From NCBI GenBank assembly GCA_034226945.1, contig CP120461.1, positions 620,001-684,000 on the forward strand: a DNA stretch of 64,000 bases. The letters are read 5' to 3'. Shown one piece after another: positions 29,370 to 40,818 of this stretch. Each line of letters begins with the position of its first letter. The stretch's first letter is position 1. The notes under the pieces are model-generated. The model did not search any database and was not told where the DNA came from. It was given only the letters and a program-made list of their open reading frames with translations. A program made the position numbers and the translations under genes. Source of the DNA: Picochlorum sp. SENEW3. Its lineage: Eukaryota.

Positions 29370-30657
29370 ATGTCTATAGATAAACGTGGTCCTAAATTAG
29401 GGGATGCGGCATCTTTGTACGTGTTGTTTGGCCTGGTTGAGTGTGAAAATACAAGACCGTTGTTGTTGTTGTTGTTGTTGAGACACGTTGTTCCACCCGG
29501 CAATGCCTCGTGTCTTCGAAAGCACGCCTTATCCAACTAATTCTATATTCCGAGAGAATGGAACGTGTCCATGATACGGATGGATCACACGTGACCTGAC
29601 ATGGTTGTGCAGGTGGAATTTCACACCGTCTCCAGGATGGACCAAGGAGGAAGCACAGACATTGAAATTATGCCTGATGAAGTATGGCATTGGAAGATGG
29701 GTGCAGATTTTAGACACTGGCCTGCTGCCTGGAAAACTGATTCAGCAGTTGAATGGCCAGACACAGAGGTTGTTGGGACAACAGAGTTTGGCTGCATACA
29801 CGGGTTTGCGGGTGGATATTGATCGCATTCGGCAGGACAATGAGGCCAAAGTGGATGCCCAGAGAAAGTCTGGTTTGATTATTTACAATGGACGTGCGTG
29901 TCTGTGTCTGTTGCGTCAACTGATGATGAGCATGTGTTGAGGTGTACACAATTTCTTTGCAGCTAATTTGACAAAAGAAATGAAAGAAAAGCTTCAAAAA
30001 GAAAGTAAAGTTCGGTATGGTTTAACAGAAGAGCAGATGATGGATGTGGAGCGACAGCTTGAAGATATATTTGAGGCCAAGATGAAGGAGCAGGGAGAAC
30101 TGAAGCATCACCGAGAAGTATTGAATCAGCTCAAATCCCTTAGATTTCCTGCGATCGATGAAATTCAAGCATTTTCAAGGGAAGAAAAGTTGCGTCGGTT
30201 GAGGGAGTTGTATCAGAAATTGCAGGAGGCTCATGCAGTGTACAAGTATCACACTTCCAGACAGCAATGTCATCACATGTTCCAAAGAAATCACAAAGCC
30301 TCGATGAATACGAGTGGTGGAAGAGAGAACGTTTCAGAAAATGGAAATATTAGGAGAACCTTGTCTGGTTCCAAGAATAAAAAGGGTGGTGACAAAAAGA
30401 AGAAGAATAATGGTGTGTCAAAGAAGAGAAGAGTGTCAGATGAGTCAGGGATGAAAGCGTCATCAACGGATGAGGAAATAGACGTCACGTATGATTCTGA
30501 TACTGCCAAAGAGTGTGAAGTAGCAGGTTTAGAAGCAAGCATCGCGACCCTCACAGCCATGGGTTTTGCTCGGAGGCAGGTGATTGATGCCTTGGACGAG
30601 GCAAATGGAAGCATAGAGGGCGCTGTCGAGTGGCTCACCGTGCATTGTGTGTATTGA
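29370..30657 (+). CDS. Myb/HTH-like p1 (AMTP1) subunit homologue of the MTA1/AMT1 DNA N6-adenine methyltransferase complex, with C-terminal UBA domain
   Basis: Exons 29370-29416, 29613-29893, 29963-30657 (340 aa); SPGWT.EE...LK..LMKYGIG.W..I...G.LP.K...Q.N.QTQRLLGQQSLA...GL matches my recollection of ciliate p1; UBA motif LTAMGFARRQVIDAL..ANGSIEGAVEWL. Confidence 0.8.
29459..29480. repeat. (GTT)n microsatellite in intron 1 of the p1 homologue
   Basis: gttgttgttgttgttgttgttg seen directly. Confidence 0.85.
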
Positions 30658-30699
30658 AATATCAGTTACAATTTTAATATTTAAAACGAAACGAAAAGA

Positions 30700-31461
30700 T
30701 TACTGAGCAGGCTGCTCACTCGGTACTGAGTTGGATATTATGGACTTGTCCGGATTCCGTAGGAATTGATTTTCTGCTTCTTCTGAATGATACACGCACG
30801 AAACCTGGGGATTCCCGGTCAGATCTCCAACAAAAGCAAATGTATTCATATTTCTCTTACAGTCCTGAACCTGTTGGCTATCGATCAAACCCCTGCTTTC
30901 CAAGACATTAAAGTTTGCTCTTCTCAGCACGCACCCAGGCTTGACTTCCGGTTGGGAGACGTACACATTGAACGGATTGAAAGACACAAATAGCCTCTGA
31001 TCAAATACCATGGAAGAATACCCATTTGCCATGCATACCTCAGAATTGGGAGTCTTGGTATCCACCAAGACTGTTGATGCTACATTTTTGGGGGCAAATG
31101 TGACTTCTGAAGCAAACCAAATACCAGCCCCCATGCCTAAAATAAATGAACCAGCCACAAATGCCTTTGTCAAATTTGAAAAGGGCCCCCCACCACCTGT
31201 ATCCCCTCCATTTCCTTGTGGTGGCCCACCAGGTGGACCAGAACCTCCTCGGCTAGGAGCTGTATCATACGTTCCAGGAATTGGATCAGGAACTCGTCTA
31301 ACTGCTACTGGATCTCTATTTGATCCTTCATACTGCTGTGCTCGTATCATGAGGCACCCACGTGCCATGCGAGAGCGACACGGACGTCCGAGAGGTTGCA
31401 GCCCTCTGCATTGCAGTGTCGTCGAAAGCGACGCACGCAGATCTGCCTGATAGAAAGACAT
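30700..31461 (-). CDS. DUF3172-family plastid protein (cyanobacterial type)
   Basis: Transit peptide, one TM helix (FILGMGAGIWF), C..GYSSMVFDQRLFVSFNPFNVYVSQP..KPGCVLR, CKRNMNTFAFVGDL. Confidence 0.8.
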   Translation of the reverse strand: MSFYQADLRASLSTTLQCRGLQPLGRPCRSRMARGCLMIRAQQYEGSNRDPVAVRRVPDPIPGTYDTAPSRGGSGPPGGPPQGNGGDTGGGGPFSNLTKAFVAGSFILGMGAGIWFASEVTFAPKNVASTVLVDTKTPNSEVCMANGYSSMVFDQRLFVSFNPFNVYVSQPEVKPGCVLRRANFNVLESRGLIDSQQVQDCKRNMNTFAFVGDLTGNPQVSCVYHSEEAENQFLRNPDKSIISNSVPSEQPAQ

Positions 31462-31643
31462 GTCTTACTATTTCGCAATAGCCTCATGTAAGGAAGTTTT
31501 AGGCATGTGAGGAATGGAATTCATCCCAAAATGTTCCGTATTAAAATTTCCAAAGTCGCCGAATTTTCAAGACAAGAGAAGGATATCATGTCCTCCATCA
31601 GTGCATTAATAATATATTGTGTGATCTTTAAATTGTATTTGTA

Positions 31644-33158
31644 ATGTCTGCGCCCAGTTTCGGTACGTTGTTGTGTTCACAAATGGAGTGGGAAATCGTT
31701 TCTGTTTTGCTTGATGTATTTTAGAGCCTTGCTATTGTACTAAATGGCTACATAATTGCATATTTTTTCATCGCAGGAGGTGGGGCCTCGTCTGGTTCAG
31801 GATTCGGAGGGGCGAGTGGAGCAGGCTTTTCTTTTGGGGCAACACCATCTACGCCTGCGAGTGGAGGTGCTCAGCAGTCGGGTCTCTCCTTTACGGCATC
31901 ATCAGCCCCTTCTAGTGGATTCAGCTTTGGTGGAGCGAGTTCTGCAGGAGGTCTCTTCGGGGCATCAACAGGAGCGTCACAGGCATCATCATCAGCGCCG
32001 TCCTTTGGCACTGGAGGGTCAAGCTCTGGTGGCGTATCATTCAACTTTGGTGGTACATCTGCTTCAGGGGGATCATCCACGCCTGCATTTTCATTCAGTG
32101 GATCTAGTGCGGCAACGAGCAGCCCTTCCCCTGCATTAGGTGCTTCGTCAGGTGGTTTGTCCTTTGGGCAGACGACTGCATCTTCCTCTGGGTTTTCCTT
32201 TGGTAGTGCAACCCCGCCATCGACTGCGGCACCTAGTACACAAGGATTTTCTTTCGGAAGCACTGGTGCTGCCGCTGCTGCCTCGACTGGAGCTGCTGCC
32301 TCATCGGGAGGATTCTCATTTGGAGGCGCTTCGTCATCTGCTGCTACTACTACAGCTCCAACTCCTGCATCAACAGGAGGATTTTCTTTTGGGGACAAAA
32401 AACCTTCTTCCACCCCAGCAGGTACAACCACAGCCAATTTCTCGCTTCATTCATCTAGTGGTGGGGCAGCCACCACGGCAAATGCATCGAGCTCAGCGGC
32501 AGGTACATCCATATCATTTGGAGCGTCTTCAGCTGCCAACAGTGCTCCAGCAACAACAGCAGTGAACGTTGCAAGCTCTGGAGCCACCCAAACCACCACC
32601 ATATCGGCACCCAGTACCATCCAAGGCCAAGTCGTGGAAAACATTATTAATGAATGGACAGTCGAGTTGGAAAAGAGGTCCAGATCTTTTGTCAAGAATG
32701 CTGAGGAGTTGGCAAAGTGGGACAAGTCTATTTTGGAGAATAGACAAGCTCTAATTCAATTAGAGGAGGAACTAAAGAGAGTTTTAGCCGGACAAGACGC
32801 ATTAGAGAGACGTTTGCAAATGGTCGAAGCCCATCAGAAAGGAATTCACGAGGCTCTCAACGGCATGTCCTCTGAAGCAGAGCGTCTGTACAAGGAGGAG
32901 CAAGGCCTCGCTGATGATCAGGCAGTGGAAAGAGATGTCCTGTATGAAAGAACATCCCGCCTTGGTGTGACTCTGAATCAGATTGGTGAACAACTAGGGG
33001 AAGCAATTCAAGATGTGAATTCAGTGACAGCCTCCAGTCTTGGAGACGAGACAGGATCTGTGAGCAAGCTGGTTCGAGTTCTCAATAATCAACTGAATGC
33101 GTTGATACAATTAGAGGGAAAGACTACAGAAATTCAAGCAGAACTAAATAAAATATGA
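31644..33158 (+). CDS. NUP62: FG-repeat nucleoporin NUP62/Nsp1
   Basis: Exons 31644-31662 and 31777-33158; many GFSFG repeats; Nsp1_C region IINEWTVELE...A..LAKWD. Confidence 0.93.
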
Positions 33159-33215
33159 GACTGTTGTAACGTATATAGATAACGTACTCGTATCTTATTA
33201 GCCCGAATTTGTGAC

Positions 33216-34043
33216 ATGTCCCTAAACCTGGTCCAAACGTTTGTCCGTGCGAATCCGAGCAAACCCATTCGAGCGCCTGTGAACCATACTTTTCTACCAC
33301 AAAAAACACGGATTCATTCGTATGAAGAAGGTAGGTCCTGTAGCACAGCATGAAACAGGAAATTTGAACAATGCTCCATGGTCACAGTCAATTCTTGACC
33401 CATTCTTTCACTCGTATACTTTCTTGCTACTGCAGATTCGCCTATAGACCGAGAGACGAAGAGGCCCCTGGTCATACAGCCGAAGCCAGCTTCAAGAAAG
33501 GCAGCAGAGCCACCCAAACCAGTTCAAATAGAGAGGTCTTCTTCGTTTCTGATTCGACGGAGGGATCAAGACAAGGTATGTAATCATGTACCATGAGTGG
33601 TAGTATCGATATACATGTCTGATACTCACCATGGCCCTGTGTGTATGATGTAGCCAGTAACACAGAAACATACAGATTCTCTCAAAGTCCAGCATCGAGC
33701 TCGAATCGCGGGAGAAGAGGGTGAGATAGAGAGTGATTTCAACGATAATCCTATAGAGTGGGTCCTGAAGAAGACGGATGAGTCGCTGGATGCCGTGGAG
33801 GAACGAGTCCCAGACGCTGCAAAAAGTGCCGTCACCTATGTCACCGGCACATTCGGGACAAACACATCCAAATACGCCGTCGACGCGATGAAACTAGCTG
33901 GGAAAGGAGGAGCAAAGGTATTAGAAGTTGCTGTACCTGCGAGTAAATGGGCCATATCCAAAGGGGTTGGCCTCATTGTCAAGTCAATCACACAGACGCA
34001 ACAACAAAACAAGGATAGCAACAAGAAAAACGACACGTCCTAA
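33216..34043 (+). CDS. Hypothetical protein, probably plastid-targeted
   Basis: In-phase model 33216-33330, 33436-33575, 33654-34043 (GTAGGT and GTATGT donors); N-terminus MSLNLVQTFVRANPSKPIRAP; amphipathic C-terminal region. Confidence 0.6.
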
Positions 34044-34095
34044 TAACGAATGATTTGATGTTACACAAAGATGCTACAGAATATATATATAATAT

Positions 34096-34503
34096 TTACT
34101 CGTCCTCCTGTGTGCGGAGGCGTGCATGACCGTTTGTCAAACGAATGTTGAGCTCTGCAGCACGCTCCACGATAGCCTTGCGCTTCAACGTGGAAACATT
34201 GTGGGCAACTTCTCCGCAGTATCTTCTGTTATGCATCATCAACAATTCAAGATCCTTCACGTTAGACACCACAATCTTTTTGAATCCGTTTGGCAAAACG
34301 TGTCTAGTCTTCTTGTTGGTTCCATAACCAATGTTTGGCATGATGATTCCGCATCCCTTAAACTTTCTACGCACGCGAGAATCAATACCCTTTGGACGAC
34401 GCCAGCTCTCAGACACTGCGATCTTTCTATCACTCTGGTGGCGCTTGAAGCTATTATGCTTGCGCTTGTTCACATTCTTGACCTTCTTCAGTGGCTGCAC
34501 CAT
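34096..34503 (-). CDS. RPL32: 60S ribosomal protein eL32
   Basis: [39 protein letters not shown]. Confidence 0.97.
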   Translation of the reverse strand: MVQPLKKVKNVNKRKHNSFKRHQSDRKIAVSESWRRPKGIDSRVRRKFKGCGIIMPNIGYGTNKKTRHVLPNGFKKIVVSNVKDLELLMMHNRRYCGEVAHNVSTLKRKAIVERAAELNIRLTNGHARLRTQEDE

Positions 34504-35073
34504 CTTGAACCGCCGCAATTCTGCACACAATACGTTATATCGTCTTGTTACATTACATTACCAACGGCGATATTGCTGAGAAACTCAAACACAAATCGTC
34601 GGCCGTCACGCCCTTGCGGAGTCAAGACTGCCATCCACCCCTCCGCGGCAACCCCTCCCGAATCCATTCATTGATATTTATAATTTCAATTGAATACAGA
34701 GCAACGCAGTCCTCTGTGGGGGAGCCGCGAGTGGATACCTCATGGCCAGCCCACCGCCGCAGCCATCCCAACAGCTCTCAGACACGCCGTGTCCATGATT
34801 GGCCTGAAATATACACAAGTACGCACCTATACCTATGAATAATATTATTGTTTAGGAGGAGGATGGATGTATGGGGCATGTATCATGCACAGAGCATCTG
34901 AATGGAAAAAACCACGATGCGGGCAACGGGTTCGGTCAAATATCTATTCGACCGATACGTGACAGCGACGTGCACATGTTTGGTGCTTTCTGATTCAATA
35001 CGTGCAAAACTGATGGATTGAATGAATAAATAAAATCCAAGATTTTATATGTAGTGGAAAAGAAGCGGTAGAC

Positions 35074-36346
35074 ATGGCTGCGCAAGACCAGGTTGTGTAC
35101 CTGGAGAAATTTGTCGAGTGTACGAAATTTGTAATTTCTTTCTTCTTCCATACCTGCCAACGTGTCCATCGAGTACTAACAGATATTTACTATTGCTATA
35201 TTGCAGCAACCGTGGCCATGCCATCGGAATTGACTCGTATACTGAACATGATTCGGGATTTGGACCATAAATGTCAAGGTACGTGGCAGATTGGCGTGAT
35301 TGAATCTGTTGTTGCGATGCATACATGTTATTATGATACTTCCGAGTGTAGATTTGAGTCAGAAAGTCGAAGATCAGGTGAATAGGATAGCACAGATTCC
35401 GTCTGGGAAGTCTCGGTCTGAGGAAGTGAAGCAGGAAGCTGAGAAATTAAAGGCAGACCAATCCTTGCTGATACAATGGTCGGAGGAAAAGGTGCAGTTA
35501 GCGGTTCAAGGTCATGAGCTTTTAGGAAAGTATGCTCAGAGTTTGGAGGGAGATATTACGAATTTGACGCAGTTTTTGACTGAGACTGGTCAGCTGGAGA
35601 TTGACGAGTACATGCCAGATGATTATGTGATGAATCAGGAGCCTCATCTGTACGAGTCTGTACCAGCTCGGCGAGCTGGCTCATCTAGGCTTGGGTACAC
35701 CTCATCCATCGATGGATATGAACCAGATCAGCCTCCAACAGCAAAGCCTTTGCAGCAGCAGAAACTGAGAACAAACATACCTTTGACAATCAATCGGCAG
35801 ACAAACAGTGCGTATGGAGATGGTATTTCATCTCTGAATCCAGACGATGTATCAATGGGAGGAATTGAAGCAAATACAACATCGAAACGGCGTAGGAACC
35901 AGGCTGATGGGCGAAGGCGATCAGCAGCAGCTGCAGTCAGCCAAGCCACGGCCATGGTGGCAGCTGCCATGTATGACGATGATGACTACCTGGATGAGAA
36001 GAATGCAGTTGATGACAGTATGATGCAAGTTGATGGGTCTGCTCAAATGCAATATGCACCAGTCCCTTCTGAACCGTTCATTCCAGGGTTGAAAGAGTGT
36101 GCCAAGAAACCTCAAGCAGCGAGGAGAAGGCTCACTGAGGATGACATCACTATTGCACTGGTAGGTAAGATTGCAGAGGTTTATTGGGTTGCTGATAGCC
36201 CTGAGGAGAGTATGTGGTATCTGGTAAAGGTGGAAAGCGTGGACTTGCCAGCCAAAACAGCATGTGTTCGTTACCAGAATGGGGAAGTGGAAGCAGACTT
36301 GAATCTCGCGGAGGTCGCCCATGAAGGCCACATGCTTCTCGTATAG
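35074..36346 (+). CDS. ING-family protein with C-terminal Tudor-like domain and no PHD finger
   Basis: Exons 35074-35119, 35207-35278, 35352-36346; YLEKFVES...PSELTR.L..IRDLD and EEKVQLA (ING N-domain); C-terminus LVGKIAEVYW...WY.VKVESV.....ACVRY..GE.E. Confidence 0.8.
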
Positions 36347-36470
36347 CGGTTATTTATTTAATTAATTATTTATATCGATGTAAACGGGAGAAAGATTGCG
36401 CGAGAGTGCTGTCGAGAGTGTCAGCAAACAGCCTATTGTAAACGGAGAAAATCTCACAGAACACGCACAA

Positions 36471-37445
36471 ATGGAGACGAATTCGGGTTTCAAGAGTACT
36501 AAAATGGTAACTAAGAAAGTTCCTTTAGATCAAATGAGCCGTCAGGAGCTGAAGGAGTGTGCACAAGTCTTAGCGATAAACTGTGAACGGTACAAGGAAC
36601 AACTCCGGCAAGCGCGAAAGAAGTATCAGGATCTTCAGGGGGCATACCAGAGGCTTAAAAATAGGAGTGAGGCCCTTGGGAAGCAGTTGGAGGATGCAGC
36701 CCTCGGTGCAAATAGAGATGTGCCAATAAAGAAGGAGCAGGAGGAGAAGGTTGACCAGGACAGGTTTGGCCACAGCAACTCACGCCCATCGCGGAAGAAG
36801 GGCATGGAAGATGATGACATGCAGACTCCTAATCAAAAGCTTCAGATGAGTAGCGGTGATGATGATGAGGCGGGCTTTTCGCGCAAACATGGGCGTGATG
36901 ATTCAGCTGAACTCAATACACCTGTAAGTATCACGCACCTCGGTGGAACCATTCCATCCTGTCTCAAAGTGGTAGCCGAGACAGAAGAAAGCCAAAACAC
37001 CAGTCAGAAAGATCGTCGAGAGAGTTCCTCTGTAACATTTCTTGAGAAGAAGGAACGGGGTGTAAAATCACCACCATGGAAGTCTGTGAAGAAAATGCCC
37101 CGGCCAGCAAGAGCCTCAGCAGCAGTCGACAGCTCAACATGTCTCGTTCCCGAGCAATTACAGGAAAAGAAAGGTGCATTCAATGAAGATAGAGCATTCA
37201 AGTATATGGAGATCATTCGTAAAAAGGATGACAGGAAAAATTTACCAGCATGGTTTTGTCCAGATTGTGCAAAATTCTATAAAGTGTACGCCCAGTATGG
37301 AGACCTTGATAGGGCAAATGAGATGGTCAAGAGACTGTGTGGTCATAGTGTTCATCAGGAAACGTCTCGGCATCGACGAAAATATGACCCACCACCATCT
37401 CCACCAGATTATTGGGACATTCAGCACCTTGAGCCTCACACATAG
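36471..37445 (+). CDS. COM1: CtIP/SAE2/COM1 DNA end-resection factor
   Basis: N-terminal coiled coil; C-terminal E.IRKK.DR..L...CPDC.KFY, SRHR, P.SPPDYW. Confidence 0.85.
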   Translation: METNSGFKSTKMVTKKVPLDQMSRQELKECAQVLAINCERYKEQLRQARKKYQDLQGAYQRLKNRSEALGKQLEDAALGANRDVPIKKEQEEKVDQDRFGHSNSRPSRKKGMEDDDMQTPNQKLQMSSGDDDEAGFSRKHGRDDSAELNTPVSITHLGGTIPSCLKVVAETEESQNTSQKDRRESSSVTFLEKKERGVKSPPWKSVKKMPRPARASAAVDSSTCLVPEQLQEKKGAFNEDRAFKYMEIIRKKDDRKNLPAWFCPDCAKFYKVYAQYGDLDRANEMVKRLCGHSVHQETSRHRRKYDPPPSPPDYWDIQHLEPHT

Positions 37446-38140
37446 CGATCTATCTCATCAAAAACATCTCCAATCTGTACTTGTTCTCCTTCATGACCTA
37501 ATCGTGTAATAACATTCTCAGAAAGTTGGGTAGCCACTGTATTTAAATTAATCTTCTGAGGTTTGAGTTCTTGCTCCAAAGATGTCGTCTTGGACATGGT
37601 GTCTCCGCATGCTACTATATCACGAAAAGTCGACAAATCGGGTGATGCATTAAACGATATTCCATGATAACTAACTCCGCCAGAAATAGCAACACCGACC
37701 GCTCCTATTTTGTTCCCATGCAGCCAAACCCCAGTCTTCCCTGGAACCCTGCCCTGACATGATAGGCCGTATATTGCCGCGGTGTCAATCATAGCATCTT
37801 CCAAAGACTCGACATACTTTCGTGCTCCTAAACCAAGACTGCGTAGATTGATAATGGGGTAGACCACTATTTGCCCAGGACCGTGGTACGTTGTCTCACC
37901 ACCTCTGGAGACTCCTGAAACAATCTCAATGCCCTTTGACTGAATCTCGTCCATGCTGGATTTCAAATCATTCATACTTCCTCTCTTTCCCATTGTATAC
38001 ACAGGAGAGTGCTGAAGCACCAGGAGAGTGTCATCCACAGTCCCAGCCTTACGTTTAGCAAAAAGGAGTTTCTGTAGTTCCAGAACACGGCTGTACAGAG
38101 CAGGGACTCTATTCAAGGATGTCACTCGTATACGTGACAT
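37436..38140 (-). CDS. LIP2: Octanoyltransferase LipB/LIP2
   Basis: LQHSPVYTMG.R, RGGETTYHGPGQ.VVYP, KIGAVG, HGISFN, IVACG. Confidence 0.93.
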   Translation of the reverse strand: MSRIRVTSLNRVPALYSRVLELQKLLFAKRKAGTVDDTLLVLQHSPVYTMGKRGSMNDLKSSMDEIQSKGIEIVSGVSRGGETTYHGPGQIVVYPIINLRSLGLGARKYVESLEDAMIDTAAIYGLSCQGRVPGKTGVWLHGNKIGAVGVAISGGVSYHGISFNASPDLSTFRDIVACGDTMSKTTSLEQELKPQKINLNTVATQLSENVITRLGHEGEQVQIGDVFDEIDRYV

Positions 38141-38437
38141 ATTGTAGATCTTTCTATGGTACAATACAACCACGCATGTCCCTTGGAAAAAAATTCAGAC
38201 ACGACACCACATGTCAATGTCCATGCAAGTTTTGTTTTGTTTGGATTCAATGCATCATAAAGATACAACTACCTCTCAATTAATAGATCATAAATTACTA
38301 CACTATATTTTACGATATGGCCACCATCCCCTCCGTCACATGCGTTTTGAATCAGGATTGATGGCACCCATGATGGGTACCCACGACTGTCATCCCATGA
38401 TATCATCTTCAAATACCGTTAATACCCCATCATTGTA

Positions 38438-39728
38438 ATGCATTTGGCAATAGTATTGAAAATGTGTTCTATATGGAGTCCAGGAAGACTTCTAGACGCC
38501 CATGATGCTGTGGATGCCTATACACCCAAGGTTGGTGGAAGAGCTGTATTTCCACGGGAATGGGACCAAAAAAGCGACTCAATATCATGTCCTAGCTGCT
38601 CCAAACCTATGAGTTTTATACTATCGGTATGTATTGGTATCTGAGGCGAATGCCATGAAGCATTGCATGCCACTGAATGAATCTTGCTTTCATTTGCAGT
38701 CACCACTAGAGTCAGCATGCCTGGCGAGCAGGAAGAGTACGGCGACCATATTGTATGTTTTTGGGTGCTTAAAAGAAGATTGTGGTGGGAAGAAAGGATC
38801 GTGGAGAGTGCTTCGATGGACAGATGCAATGCAGACAGAAGATGTCGTAGAAGACAGTGAGCCAAGTCCCAGCCAGAATAGCAGTCATGAGAATGATGAC
38901 GATGCTCACGATGAACAGGACGCTGATGCGTGGGGACTGAATTTAGACGATGAAGCATTACATTCTGAAGCGTTTGATTTTGGGGATCTACAGGAGCAAC
39001 TGAAGACAGTGACTGCTGGCATATCTTCCTCTAGCATGAAGAGTAAAAAAGATGCACAGAGCACGGTACGTGATATGAGAGAAGACCGTGCATCTACACA
39101 GCAAACATCGGTGAGAAAATTTGATGGATATTTCCCAGAATTCTTCTTGGTGCAATCGGGGACTGTCAAAGATCCTCAGCAGAGGGATCCAAAGGACAGC
39201 AGTAGTGATGATGAGCAACTGTCCACAGACGCTGTGCAGAATACATACACAAACCTCTCGGATGAAGAAGAAGAAGAAGGTGATAATGTAGCATGGGAAG
39301 GGGAGACGTACGAGCCGGACAATGTCATTTGTGGAGACGGGAGAACTGCGCCTGATGGTCACATGCTCAAGTTCATTCAACACATGGCAGCCATCCCTGA
39401 TCAATGTCTGAGGCTCCTATACACGGCGTCGCGTGCAGGCTCGCTGCATTTAGAATCAAACAAAGATCTACGTGAGAAATCAGGCAACAATTGTCCATCC
39501 TGCAATGCCCCACGAGCATGCGTTGCCCAAGTAACCTCCCCACTCATTGCAGCACTGATCGAGTCCTTGGATATGGTTCCAGCAACAGACCACTTCCGGT
39601 CACCTCCCTCCTCCTGGGAATGGGCCATCATAGAAATACGGATATGTAGCAAACTTTGTACGCATGCAAATGATCGAGGCAAGGCCATACCGATCGAAGA
39701 AGCTGTCAACACTATGGGAGAAGCTTGA
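38438..39728 (+). CDS. PDCD2L/TSR4-like protein
   Basis: Exons about 38438-38626 and 38700-39728; KVGG..., CPSCSKPM, LYVFGC...C...SWRVLR, PDQCLR, CPSC.APR...Q, WEW....CS..C. Start codon uncertain. Confidence 0.8.
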
Positions 39729-39890
39729 ACTTTTGCCTGGGTCAAAAGGATTCCACCTCGTCCCGAATTAGTTTGGACACAATCGCCTGGAACGTCCAAA
39801 AAGATAACAGCAAAATCTCCACATTCCTCCTTATCGATTATCCTACTTTTACCCCTTTCCAACTTGGCTATTTCCTTGGATTATTAGAAA

Positions 39891-40818
39891 ATGCAATCTG
39901 TTTTGTCTTTGAACGCGTTGACCCAGCAGAGAGTGCTCAAGGGAGCCTCCGTCCGCCAGAACAAGGCATCTGCTGGACGTGCCCTTCGTGTCACTGTCCG
40001 TGCTGAAGAGAAGGCCAAGGAAGCAGAGAAGCCATGGGCTCCACCAGCCTTGGATCCAAATACTCCCTCTCCAATCTTTGGAGGTAGCACTGGTACGTAG
40101 GAAGTCTTATCAAGACTGTTGATGAAGCGGATGTCAACTCGCTGGAATTCTGCGTCTTTGGGCCGATGGCTTCCATGTAGAGTAGTATTTTGTTTATTAT
40201 TTATATCATGAGTTGATCGCGTATGGTTATGGGATATTATTGAGTGTGTGAGTGTCACCACCAGCGAGGATACGGCGAGTCCAGGATGGGGCTCGGATTC
40301 TGTGGGCGATGGGACCCAAAGAATCAGTGTTCCAGAGAGGTGTATTTGTAGGGTTGGGGAATGAGAAGGCTACCAAATACATGAGTAGCTCAAGATACGG
40401 GTTATGAAACAAGGCATTGCTCTGACATGAATGTTGTTGGTGTACAGGTGGCCTTCTTCGCCAGGCTCAGGTTGAGGAGTTCCATGTGATCACCTGGGAG
40501 TCCAAGAAGGAGCAGATTTTCGAGATGCCAACTGGAGGAGCTGCCATCATGCGCGAGGGACCAAACTTGTTGAAGTTGGCCCGTAAGGAACAGTGCCTTG
40601 CTCTCCTCACCCAGCTCCGCACAAAGTTCAAGATTAACGGATTCATCTACAGAGTGTTCCCTAACGGAGAGGTTCAGTACTTGCATCCAAAGGATGGTGT
40701 GTACCCAGAGAAGGTGAATGCTGGACGTGTCGGTGCCAACGAGAACATGAGAAGAATTGGACAGAATGTGAACCCAGCCACCGTCAAGTTCACTGGAAAG
40801 GACCCACAAGACTTGTAA
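39891..40818 (+). CDS. PSAD: Photosystem I subunit II (nuclear-encoded)
   Basis: Exons 39891-40092 and 40448-40818; [40 protein letters not shown]. Confidence 0.97.

Noticed and set aside
31777..32560. Repetitive GGTTTTTCTTTTGG-like units suggesting an array
   Set aside because: They encode FG repeats of NUP62; not CRISPR or a mobile element.
33220..33228. CCCTAAACC, a possible telomerase RNA template for TTTAGGG
   Set aside because: It falls within codons 2-5 of a well-phased three-exon gene starting at 33216, and no Pol III USE/TATA promoter is evident.
38340..38410. Short palindromes (ACCCATGATGGGT, GATATCATC) upstream of the PDCD2L-like gene
   Set aside because: Too short and single-copy to support a claim.
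40093..40447. TPP riboswitch in the long introns
   Set aside because: No recognisable TPP aptamer core (GCTGAGA...CCTGAT...AATGC) and the host genes are not thiamine-related.
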